From Candidatus Nanopelagicales bacterium (GTDB lineage Bacteria > Actinomycetota > Actinomycetes > S36-B12 > CAIYMF01): 32,000 bases of DNA. The position numbers and the translations under genes are program-made. Where the stretch lies: NCBI GenBank assembly GCA_050251215.1, contig JBFWNE010000003.1, positions 20,704-52,703 on the forward strand. Direction: 5' to 3'. The notes below the pieces were generated by a model, which ran no database searches, had not been told where the DNA came from, and saw only the letters and a program-made list of their open reading frames with translations. Shown one piece after another: positions 1 to 7,672 of this stretch (its first letter is position 1; the number at the start of each line of letters is the position of its first letter).

Positions 1-714
1 GGCGGCGCCCTCATCGTGGGCGAGGGCGGCGAGCAGCAGCACGTCTCCTTCGACCGGGTGCTCGTCGCCCTGGGACGCGCACCGCGGACCGATGGTCTCG
101 GTCTGGAGCACGCCGGCATCGAGCTGGACCCCCGACGCTTCGTCATCGTCGACGCTTCGCTGCGGACCACGAACCCGCGTGTGTGGGCCGCGGGCGACCT
201 CACGGGCCATCCGCAGTTCACCCACGTCGCGGGAGTCCACGGCAGCATCGCGGCGAGCAACGCGGTCCTCGGGCTGCGTCGCAAGGTCGACGTCGTGGCG
301 GTGCCCCGGGTGACCTTCACCGACCCCGAGGTCGCGGCCGTAGGAGCGTCGACCAACCCGGACGAGGTACCTCCCGGCACAGAACTGGTCACACGCGGGC
401 ACGAGCACGTGGACCGCGCCGTGGCGGAGGGCCAGACCGCGGGGTTCGCCCGCCTCGCAGTCAGCCGCAAGGGAACGGTGCTCGGCGCGACTGTCGTCGG
501 CGCTCGCGCCGGGGAGTCCTTGGCCGAGGTCACACTGGCCGTGCGCAGAGCACTGCGTACCCGCGACCTCGCTGGCACCCTGCATCCCTACCCGACGTAC
601 ACGGACGGGGCGTGGAACGCGGCCATCGAGGACGTGCGCGGCCGACTCGCTCGCCCGGCCGCGGCCCGCGGCATCCGGGCCATCCGCCGCGCGCGGCTCT
701 GGCTGTCACGATGA
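1..714 (+). CDS. FAD-dependent pyridine nucleotide-disulfide oxidoreductase (dihydrolipoamide dehydrogenase / mercuric reductase-like class I family), C-terminal part; 5' end lies outside the window
   Basis: Frame 1 is open from nt 1. VWAAGD second FAD-binding motif, followed by the dimerisation-domain region (VPRVTFTDPEVAAVG, GFARL, HPYPTY). High GC3. Confidence 0.85.
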   Translation, partial: GGALIVGEGGEQQHVSFDRVLVALGRAPRTDGLGLEHAGIELDPRRFVIVDASLRTTNPRVWAAGDLTGHPQFTHVAGVHGSIAASNAVLGLRRKVDVVAVPRVTFTDPEVAAVGASTNPDEVPPGTELVTRGHEHVDRAVAEGQTAGFARLAVSRKGTVLGATVVGARAGESLAEVTLAVRRALRTRDLAGTLHPYPTYTDGAWNAAIEDVRGRLARPAAARGIRAIRRARLWLSR

Positions 715-748
715 TCCCCGACCCGCCGCGATCCGGAGGAGGTGGCTC

Positions 749-1057
749 ATGCAGATCGTGGTCATGACCGTCCCCGAGTGCGCTAGCCAGGAGGCCGCTC
801 TCGCGGCGGCCCGTGCAGTGGTCGATCGTGCCGATGTGCCCGGGGCGGAGGTCCGCCACCTCGTCGTGTCCACCGACGAGCAGGCCCGCCTGCTGGACTT
901 CCGAGGGTCGCCGACGTTCCTGGTCGACGGTGCAGACCCGTTCTCTGCTCAGGCGCCGCCTGTCGGGCTCTCGTGCCGCGTGTACCGGCTCGGAGGCCGG
1001 GCCGTCGGCTGCCCTTCGGCCGCGGAGCTCGCTGCGGCTATCGCGTCGAGCGCTTGA
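749..1057 (+). CDS. small thioredoxin-fold protein (family not assigned)
   Basis: GGAGGAGGTGG Shine-Dalgarno just upstream of the ATG at 749. 102 aa with FRGSPTFLVDGADPF, a motif typical of small thioredoxin/glutaredoxin-like proteins. High GC3. Confidence 0.6.
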   Translation: MQIVVMTVPECASQEAALAAARAVVDRADVPGAEVRHLVVSTDEQARLLDFRGSPTFLVDGADPFSAQAPPVGLSCRVYRLGGRAVGCPSAAELAAAIASSA

Positions 1058-1093
1058 GCTCGGAGGCGCGAGCCGAACAGCCCCTGCGGCGCG

Positions 1094-1837
1094 TCACGCG
1101 GTGCGGCTGGTGTGCCCACCCGTCGAGGCGCTCCACGACGGATCGTCGGCAAGCGCGCGCAGCACCGCGATGTCCCGCACACGGATGCGGCCGCGGCGCA
1201 GGTCCACCAGGCCGCGGTCGCGCAGGTCGCCGAGCACCTTGGTCGTGGTCTCGCGCGTGGTTCCCACGAGATCGGCCAGCTGCTCATGCGTGAGACGCAC
1301 GTCGGCCCCTCGGTCGCTGCCGGCGAGGGCGACCAGCGTCGACGCGACGCGCGAAGGGACAGTGCGGAAGACCGCCTGCTCGAGCCTCCGCTCCAGGTCC
1401 GTGACGCGATGGCCGAGGGCGGTCACGATGCGCGCCGAGACGCGGGCGTCGGCGAGCAGCAGCCGGTACACGTCGTCCTTGCTCATGATGCAGACGACGC
1501 TCGGCTCAAGGGTCTCGGCGTACGTCTCCTGCAGGCTCTGGCCGAGGAGCTGCATCTCGCCGAAGATGTCGCCCTTATCGACGATGGACAGGGTGAGCGT
1601 TCGCCCGTCGGCGGTCACCCGGTAGAGCCGCACCCGGCCCCTCTTGAGGATGAAGAGCACCTCGTTGCCCTGGCCCGGCCTCAGAAGCAGCGTCCCGGCC
1701 GGGACTTCGCGCATGGGGGCGGAGGCGGAGATGCGCTCCATGTCCTGCGGAGGGAGGTCGCAGAAGATGTCGACCTCCGACAACCGCCACTGGCCGGGGG
1801 CGAGGACGTGTGGTGAGCCGCGGTCGCGGTCTGCCAT
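1094..1837 (-). CDS. Crp/Fnr family transcriptional regulator
   Basis: cNMP-binding beta-barrel (LFILKRGRVRLY...GDIFGEMQLLG) and C-terminal HTH (VGTTRETTTKVLGDLRDRGLV). The ATG at 1837 overlaps the upstream stop (TGATG). The track ORF starts one codon earlier at a TTG (1840). Confidence 0.9.
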   Translation of the reverse strand: MADRDRGSPHVLAPGQWRLSEVDIFCDLPPQDMERISASAPMREVPAGTLLLRPGQGNEVLFILKRGRVRLYRVTADGRTLTLSIVDKGDIFGEMQLLGQSLQETYAETLEPSVVCIMSKDDVYRLLLADARVSARIVTALGHRVTDLERRLEQAVFRTVPSRVASTLVALAGSDRGADVRLTHEQLADLVGTTRETTTKVLGDLRDRGLVDLRRGRIRVRDIAVLRALADDPSWSASTGGHTSRTA

Positions 1838-2109
1838 CAACGCGCACCCGCCAGCAACGTGACCAGGTGGTCGGGTTCGGGATTCCCCATGGAGATGAGG
1901 CGGTCGTTGTAGAAGTAGGTCGGCGTCCCGAGGAAGGGAAGGCCCTCGGGCAGTTCGCCGACCTCGACGTCGATCACGTCGACGACGGCGGTGGGAAGCC
2001 GACGGACAACCTCCTCCGCGACTTCGCGAGCGCGGCCGCAGCCGCCACAGTCGGCAGCGACCACGACCACGAGGTGCTGCCGCGACTGGGCCGCGCTCGC
2101 GTGGACCAT
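1837..2109 (-). CDS. thioredoxin/glutaredoxin-like protein with CGGC redox motif
   Basis: 90 aa. CGGC dithiol motif near the N-terminus and GTPTYF, the cis-Pro-loop-like motif of the thioredoxin fold. Sits 1 nt after the upstream gene and overlaps the crp-like start. Confidence 0.75.
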   Translation of the reverse strand: MVHASAAQSRQHLVVVVAADCGGCGRAREVAEEVVRRLPTAVVDVIDVEVGELPEGLPFLGTPTYFYNDRLISMGNPEPDHLVTLLAGAR

Positions 2110-2110
2110 C

Positions 2111-2575
2111 TCAGGACGACGCGGCAGGCGAGCGGCGGAGGATGAGCGCCGTCACCAGCCCGAGGACGATGCCGAAGATCATGTGACCCATGAGCGACTT
2201 CCAGACCATGTCGTTGACCTGGAAGAGCGGCATCCCGAGCTTCGCCGGCATGAGCAGCAGCGGGCCCAGCACCCACCACACGACGCCGTAGACGAGCCCC
2301 AGCCCGGTCCAGGCGCCGATGCCGAGCGATCGGCCGGTGAGGAGCAGCCCGAACAGGCCGCCGATGAAGGCCGAGATGGCCAGGTGCACAAGCCACCCGA
2401 CCGCGATGGAGTCGCTGCCGACCAGTGCCGCGATCATCGGGATGGAGTCCATCATCTGCATCATCATCCCGAAGACGACACCGCCGGCGAGCCCGCCGAC
2501 GACTCCGGCCGAGATGCTGCGAATGGCGGTCGACGGCTGTGCTGCCGTCGACCGCGAGGTGGCTGTCGTGGTCAT
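2111..2575 (-). CDS. small integral membrane protein (about 4 TM helices), function unknown
   Basis: 154 aa with four hydrophobic Gly-rich segments. First gene of a tight three-gene minus-strand operon (membrane protein, Trx-like, Crp/Fnr). Confidence 0.7.
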   Translation of the reverse strand: MTTTATSRSTAAQPSTAIRSISAGVVGGLAGGVVFGMMMQMMDSIPMIAALVGSDSIAVGWLVHLAISAFIGGLFGLLLTGRSLGIGAWTGLGLVYGVVWWVLGPLLLMPAKLGMPLFQVNDMVWKSLMGHMIFGIVLGLVTALILRRSPAASS

Positions 2576-2674
2576 GCTGGGTCCTTCCGTCGGGGTGCGG
2601 TCGCTCGGACGTTATGGCTGGCCGTTACGGGGGTTCTGTGTCGGCGCCCACGTTGAGTCGGGTGGATCGCTGCC

Positions 2675-2715
2675 GGAACCCGACGGGAAGACGCGGCCAT
2701 TCCCGACGGGTTTCC
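2675..2715. repeat. imperfect palindrome containing two copies of CCCGACGGG, upstream of the NrtS-like gene
   Basis: GGAACCCGACGGGAA (2675-2689), a 10 nt spacer, then TTCCCGACGGGTTTCC (2700-2715). 14 pairable positions with one mismatch and one bulge. Lies in the divergent intergenic region 2576-2760. Confidence 0.35.
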
Positions 2716-2760
2716 CGATCGTGATGACGCTCCAGCGAACCTCGGGCCGACGGGCCAGCC

Positions 2761-3021
2761 ATGCGTGAGCCGGCCGAGCTGCACTGGTCGACCAGGCGTC
2801 AGGCGGCCGCGCTCGTCTGCCGTGGCGCGACTTTCGACCCGTCCGCTCGAATCGCCGCCGTCGTAGGCACGCTGCTGACGTTGGTGAACCAGGGCACGGT
2901 CATCGCCAGCGGCGCTGCCGACTGGGCGACGGTGCTGAGGGTCGTCGCGAACTACCTCATCCCCTACGTCGTCTCCAGCATCGGCTTCCTGTCCAGCTAC
3001 CGCCGCCCAGGTCCGTCATGA
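2761..3021 (+). CDS. NrtS-family (putative nitrate/nitrite transporter) small membrane protein
   Basis: 86 aa. VVGTLLTLVNQG and LIPYVVSSIGFL match my recollection of the NrtS family signature. Two hydrophobic helices. High GC3. Confidence 0.6.
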   Translation: MREPAELHWSTRRQAAALVCRGATFDPSARIAAVVGTLLTLVNQGTVIASGAADWATVLRVVANYLIPYVVSSIGFLSSYRRPGPS

Positions 3022-3462
3022 GCGCTGGGCGACGGCCGGCCGACCGAACGTGTGCCCGCCCACATCCGCTTCTGCTGAGCGCTGCGAGCGTGTTGGCATG
3101 AGGTTCGTCCTGGCCGCCCCGGTCGTCGCCGTGCCGCTCTGGCTCATCTGTGCCTCGTGGCGAGGCCGCGTGAAGATCCGCTGCTGCGGTTCCGACACCC
3201 GCTGCGATCTCCGTATGCGCCCCGCGTTCAACGACGATCCGCTGGTTCGCCCAGTACCCCGTCGACTCACGCGAGCAGGCTCCATCGTGTCCACCTCATC
3301 GCCCGACGCGCGGTGATTCGCCCGTCACGTCAACCGCCCCTGGGCTTGCCGAACGACCGTCGGCAGCCCGCGCCCAGGCCATGCGAGGCCATGGTCCGCC
3401 GTCCCGGTCGCCGAGGTCGAGGTGCGGGCAGCGCACGCCGACGGAGAACTGGTTGCCTGCCG

Positions 3463-3891
3463 CTACGGGCAGCTTCGATCTCGTGGCAGCTGAAGCGAGT
3501 CAGCCAGCGCCGCAACGGCGAGGACGGCACCCGCCGCGTTGCGCTCATCCAGGCGGTCCATCGCATCGTCGATCGAGGCGAGAGCGACGCAGATCCGGAG
3601 CGTTGCCCGCGTGCCACCGGACAGCCATCTCGTGTCGTCCAGCAGCTCCTCGGCGAACGGAAGTCGCTGCCAGTCCACCCAGCCGGGCTGACCGTCATCG
3701 AAGTCTCCAGCGATGCCGACCGTCCGCAACATCGCGTACAGGCTGCGACCGCAGAAGTCAGAGCGGCGAAGAAGAAGCCAGGCAGCATGGCGGCCCGGCT
3801 GACCGAGGTAGGGGGCGTCGAGTTCCATGACGACGACAGTGCACGGAGTGGCGCGTCGGCCAACCGGCACCAAGCCGGCGGACACCGTCAT
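3463..3891 (-). CDS. hypothetical protein (121-142 aa; start either ATG 3891 or ATG 3828)
   Basis: High GC3 through the whole frame. Globular-looking sequence (DDGQPGWVDWQRLPFAEELLDDTRWLSGG). No family recognised and no clear SD at either ATG. Confidence 0.5.
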   Translation of the reverse strand: MTVSAGLVPVGRRATPCTVVVMELDAPYLGQPGRHAAWLLLRRSDFCGRSLYAMLRTVGIAGDFDDGQPGWVDWQRLPFAEELLDDTRWLSGGTRATLRICVALASIDDAMDRLDERNAAGAVLAVAALADSLQLPRDRSCP

Positions 3892-3895
3892 GCGA

Positions 3896-3925
3896 AACGG
3901 CCACCCGAGTGCTCGGGTGGCCGTT
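3896..3925 (-). terminator. GC-rich perfect hairpin, probable terminator of the upstream minus-strand operon
   Basis: AACGGCCACCCGA / TCGGGTGGCCGTT: a 13 bp perfect stem around a short GTGC centre. On the minus strand it is followed by TTTCG. It lies about 200 nt after the stop of the 55-aa ORF and 4 nt before the ATG at 3891. Confidence 0.45.
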
Positions 3926-4125
3926 CCTGGCGTCGTGGTCTGCCGATTCACTGTCTCGGGGCAGATCCTCCGACGCGCAGGACTGTCGGGTGCCTCCACT
4001 GCCGTGCAACTGGATCCAGGCCCACCCGAGTGTGTCGTCGGTCACGTCGGCGCAAGCGATCGTGGTATCCGACTCACCGATGGCAAGGCGAAGGTCCCCT
4101 TCGAGGCCGCCAGCTCCTGCCCCCG

Positions 4126-4293
4126 TTACCGCCCGCCCAGCAACTTCTTCACGGCGGCGTCCGAGGTGGAACGGCTGACCACCGAGGGTCGACTCTTGAA
4201 CGAGTCGGAGGACCCCTCAGCCGAGCGGACACGCGTGAAGGCAACGGGCTTGCGGCCCGTCACGACGCGCGGGGTCTCGCGCTTCTCAGCCAT
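4126..4293 (-). CDS. small basic hypothetical protein (55 aa)
   Basis: GGGAGGAAG SD directly upstream. The ATG overlaps the stop of the upstream membrane-protein gene by 8 nt (ATGGCTGA). Sequence MAEKRETPRVVTGRKPVAFTRVRSAEG... is basic and probably disordered. No family recognised. Confidence 0.4.
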   Translation of the reverse strand: MAEKRETPRVVTGRKPVAFTRVRSAEGSSDSFKSRPSVVSRSTSDAAVKKLLGGR

Positions 4294-5650
4294 GACTTCC
4301 TCCCAAGACATCACTGTACGTCCAGCCCCTGACGGTGGACGCCATGCTGACCGCGTCAATGGTCACCAGTAGCTGCACAGCGAACATCAAGGCACCGACA
4401 ACGCTTGCCAAGGTCCACCCGGCACCCGTCGCCGTGAGGACCGCCGACACGAACAGGGTGCTGCTGGTGGCCAGGAGGCAGCGCCGTGCCCGCCACAGCA
4501 CAAGCCCGACGAGGGCGTGCTCCGCCGGGCGGGCGAACCAGGCCGCCAGCAGCGCTGGCGCGGCCAGAAGAATGGCGGCCACAGAACCTGAGCGTCCCCC
4601 GTCACCGATGACGCTCCCCCACCAGTCGGCGCCGGCCAACGTCACCATGAACGGCAAGGTGAGGAGGGCGAGTCCGACGAGGCTGCCGAGCGCAGCGACG
4701 CTCACGAGCCCCCTGCGGTGGGGCATGAGCTCGACCCAAGCCTGGGCGTCGCTGGACCAGGGCTGCCGCGAGTAGGTCGCGACATGGGCGAGGTGACCGG
4801 GCATGCGACCGTCCCCGCTGGGATCGACTTCGGCGTGTTCGCCGTCGTCCTCGTCTTCGACCGGGGTCCAGTACTCCAGGAGCGTGAGTCTGCTGATCTC
4901 CAGCCCTTCTGGAGCGGCGACTTCCAGGTGAACGCTCTTGGCGACGCGCATCTGCGGCATGTCCAGGTCGATCACGGCCGGCAGCTCTCCGATCCGGCTG
5001 GGCGGGTCGAACGCCATGTCGTAGCTGACCTTGACGATGGTCCTCGTATCAACCCGTTCATACGGGATCTCAACGACGAACCAGAACTTGTCGGTGAACT
5101 CCGCGATGCCCCAGGCAAGGAGCTCGAGCTGGAACCTGCGGTCGTCCTCATCGGCGGGCAGGGCGTCGTGCCATTCGGCCAAGCGGCCGACCACCTCAGA
5201 GGCGGTCACCCTCGCGTCGGCGGGCTCGCCGTTCACAACGTCGCCGATCCGCGATTTCACCCACTCCAGATCCTCACCGGGGCGTCCTTCGAGGGCCTCC
5301 TCGGCGAGGCTCTCCAGGGCGTCGACAGCGAGCCGGGCGTTCTCCCCTCGCCTGAGGACCGGGAGAGCGCCGCCGCTCGCGTCCGCCACGTCCAGACGGC
5401 GCAGCGTCCCCTTGCTGATCAACGCCAACGGCACCAGCACCCGGTCCCGGGAGCCGGGCACGGCGTCGTGGCCCCGGAGGGTGAAGTCGAAGGAGATCGA
5501 CCGTCTGCTCTCGCCGGTGGGCAGGAACCGGATGGACTCGACCCGCCGGTCGATCCACTGATCGGTCGTCAGCAGAAGCGTGGCGAGCCTCTGCCCCCGC
5601 TGCGTAGGCGTCAGCGGCGTCGGCGGCCTCGCAGATGTCGGTACGGACAC
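4286..5650 (-). CDS. uncharacterised protein: about 330-aa N-terminal soluble domain plus about 4 C-terminal TM helices
   Basis: Long ORF with high GC3. A GTG at 5650 is preceded by GAGGAGGGGAAGGGGA; the track ORF extends to a GTG at 5692. C-terminal hydrophobic segments (LVSVAALGSLVGLALLTLPFMV, SVAAILLAAPALLAAWFA, TLFVSAVLTATGAGW, VVGALMFAVQLLVTI). No family recognised. Confidence 0.75.
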   Translation of the reverse strand: MSVPTSARPPTPLTPTQRGQRLATLLLTTDQWIDRRVESIRFLPTGESRRSISFDFTLRGHDAVPGSRDRVLVPLALISKGTLRRLDVADASGGALPVLRRGENARLAVDALESLAEEALEGRPGEDLEWVKSRIGDVVNGEPADARVTASEVVGRLAEWHDALPADEDDRRFQLELLAWGIAEFTDKFWFVVEIPYERVDTRTIVKVSYDMAFDPPSRIGELPAVIDLDMPQMRVAKSVHLEVAAPEGLEISRLTLLEYWTPVEDEDDGEHAEVDPSGDGRMPGHLAHVATYSRQPWSSDAQAWVELMPHRRGLVSVAALGSLVGLALLTLPFMVTLAGADWWGSVIGDGGRSGSVAAILLAAPALLAAWFARPAEHALVGLVLWRARRCLLATSSTLFVSAVLTATGAGWTLASVVGALMFAVQLLVTIDAVSMASTVRGWTYSDVLGGSHG

Positions 5651-5792
5651 GGCTCCCCTTCCCCTCCTCGGCACGACGCTAGCGCGCAGCACGGACGCCG
5701 AGGGGTCGACGGCGGCCTGGTCCTGGTCAGCGCCGCCTGCGACGGCTCATGACCGGGCGTGGCGAGGCTGGCAAGGTCTGGCGGCCCACCGC

Positions 5793-5850
5793 TCAGCGTC
5801 AAGGACGGACCCGGAGAAGTATTCGTAGCGGCGGTCGTCCTTGACGCTGA
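5793..5850. repeat. 15-bp perfect inverted repeat with a 28-bp AT-enriched spacer in the divergent region upstream of recombinase A
   Basis: TCAGCGTCAAGGACG (5793-5807) and CGTCCTTGACGCTGA (5836-5850). The spacer contains GAGAAGTATTCGTAG, unusually AT-rich for this DNA. The right arm ends 76 nt before the ATG at 5927. Confidence 0.5.
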
Positions 5851-5926
5851 CGTGGCGCCACCTGCACCGATGCCTCCCCCGCGCACTGTCCAGGCCACAA
5901 GCCCACGACACGGGAGGCGATCGGCC

Positions 5927-7672
5927 ATGACGACCCAGCCGCGCACGCGGAAGACCCACCGCAACGGCGGGCGCGCCCAGCTCCGGACGCGGTCCGCGCT
6001 GGTGGCCCTCGAGCCGGCCACGGCCGCCAGTCTGGAGGCCGAGCTCGTCCACGGAGCCGACGCCCCGTCCTTCGCGGCCACGGCCGCCGACGCGCTCATC
6101 GACTCCTACCTCGACGAGCACGGACGGCTGGTGCCCGCCCCGTCGGAAGCCCTGCTGCACCTGCCGCCGGAGCTGACCGAGGAGCAGCGGCAACGCCGCA
6201 TCGAGCGCAGCAGGTTCGTCGACATGATCCGGGCCGACGCCTGGGCCGACAGCACCCTCACCGCGTACGGGTGGCACGTCCGGGCCTGGCGCGCGTGGGC
6301 GCGCGAGGAGGGCGTTCCGGCGCTGCCCCTCAACCCGCTGGACGTCGCCCACCACCTGGTGGACTACGCCTTCCGCTGGACCGGCGACCAGCCGGAGCTG
6401 GACGAGGACGGCGAGCCCTGCCCGGCCGTGGCCGCCAGCACCATCAGCCAGCGCATCGCGGCGCTGAACAAGCTCGCGGAGTTCGTCGGCATCCCCCGGC
6501 CGGGAGACAACGAGGGCGTGGGCCAGCTCGTGCTGGGACTGCGGCGCCGGCTGCTCGTGGCACCGGAGAACGCCAAGGCCGCCCTTGATCGCCGGTCCCT
6601 GGACCGCTGCCTGGCGGCGACGACAGGGGTGCAGCTGGCAGCCGCCCGGCTGCAGGTCATGGTGCTGCTGCGGCACGCCGCCGGTTGCACCGCCGGGCAG
6701 CTGGCGCGGCTGCACTGGGCCGACGTGGCGTTCGCCGACGACGGCTCGTGGGCTGACGTGACGTTCACGGGAAGCCGGCGCCACGATCCAGGGCGCAGCA
6801 TCCGGCTGCACAGGCGCACCGGCGCGGAGACCTGCGCCGTGCGGGCTCTGGAGGACCTGTACCGGATCTCCCCCGGTCGGGGGTGGGTGCTGGCGCACGG
6901 CAGCGGTCGGGCGCTGACGCGCCAGGCGATCCATCTGGCCGTGACGACGGCGGTGGCCGCGCCCTGGGACGAGGTCCCTCGCCTGCCTCTCGTCGAGCTG
7001 CGCCGCGCCATCCCGATGGCGACCTCATGTGGCGCGTTCATGGCGGCGCGGGACGCGGCGCTTCTCGAGGTCGGCTTCATCACCGCGCTTCGCCGCTCCA
7101 ACCTCTCCGCCCTCAACTGGAGGGACGTCGTCGACCATGGCTGCGACGGCTTCGAGCTGCGGATCCGGCGCAGCAAGACCGACCAGGAGGGCCACGGCCG
7201 GTCGAAGTGGGTGCCGCAGGCGGAGCCCGGATCGACGGGGCCATGCCCGGCGTCGGCATTCCGCCGCTACCGCGCGGAGCTCGTGAAGTCCCTCGGTCGC
7301 GAGCCGAAGGGCGAGGAGCCCGTGTTCTGCGCGGCGCTGTCGAACGGCGCGCTCCGCCGCGACGGCGAGGGCCGGCCCTGTCGGCTGACGGGCGACGGCG
7401 TCAACGAGGTGGTGCAGCGGCTGGCCACTGCAGCCGGGCTCGCCGGCACGACGGTGAACGGGCGCCACCCCTACGGCGCCCACAGCCTGAGGGCCGGGTT
7501 CATCACCGAGGCTCTCCGGGACAACAAGCTCGCCATCGAGGACGTGCAGGAGGTCAGCGACCACCGCACCATCGCGATCCTGCTCGACTATCGCCGTGAG
7601 GTGAACGCCTCGCAGCGCAACGGGAGCAGGAAGATGGTTCAGGCACTCGGGTCGTCCAGCGGCAAGGCGTAG
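5927..7672 (+). CDS. tyrosine recombinase / integrase (large, 581 aa), here recombinase A
   Basis: GGGAGG SD 9 nt before the ATG at 5927. Catalytic signature in order: ALRRSNL (Arg), RRSKTDQ (Lys), GAHSLRAGF (HxxR), SDHRT (His), LLDYRR (Tyr). N-terminal SAM-like core-binding region. Confidence 0.9.
   Translation: MTTQPRTRKTHRNGGRAQLRTRSALVALEPATAASLEAELVHGADAPSFAATAADALIDSYLDEHGRLVPAPSEALLHLPPELTEEQRQRRIERSRFVDMIRADAWADSTLTAYGWHVRAWRAWAREEGVPALPLNPLDVAHHLVDYAFRWTGDQPELDEDGEPCPAVAASTISQRIAALNKLAEFVGIPRPGDNEGVGQLVLGLRRRLLVAPENAKAALDRRSLDRCLAATTGVQLAAARLQVMVLLRHAAGCTAGQLARLHWADVAFADDGSWADVTFTGSRRHDPGRSIRLHRRTGAETCAVRALEDLYRISPGRGWVLAHGSGRALTRQAIHLAVTTAVAAPWDEVPRLPLVELRRAIPMATSCGAFMAARDAALLEVGFITALRRSNLSALNWRDVVDHGCDGFELRIRRSKTDQEGHGRSKWVPQAEPGSTGPCPASAFRRYRAELVKSLGREPKGEEPVFCAALSNGALRRDGEGRPCRLTGDGVNEVVQRLATAAGLAGTTVNGRHPYGAHSLRAGFITEALRDNKLAIEDVQEVSDHRTIAILLDYRREVNASQRNGSRKMVQALGSSSGKA

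Noticed and set aside
3098-3316. 72-aa ORF with a hydrophobic N-terminus and a Cys-rich segment (MRFVLAAPVVAVPLWLICASW...CCGSDTRC)
   Set aside because: GC3 is fairly high, but there is no SD, it is very short and I recognise no family. It could be a small secreted peptide, but the evidence is too thin to call.
3758-4372. ORFs 3758-4045 (-) and 3827-4372 (+) in the gap after the 55-aa ORF
   Set aside because: Both run straight through the perfect hairpin at 3896-3925 and overlap better-supported frames. GC3 is only moderate and no SD is present. The 3930-4125 stretch is left unannotated as a possible 3' UTR.
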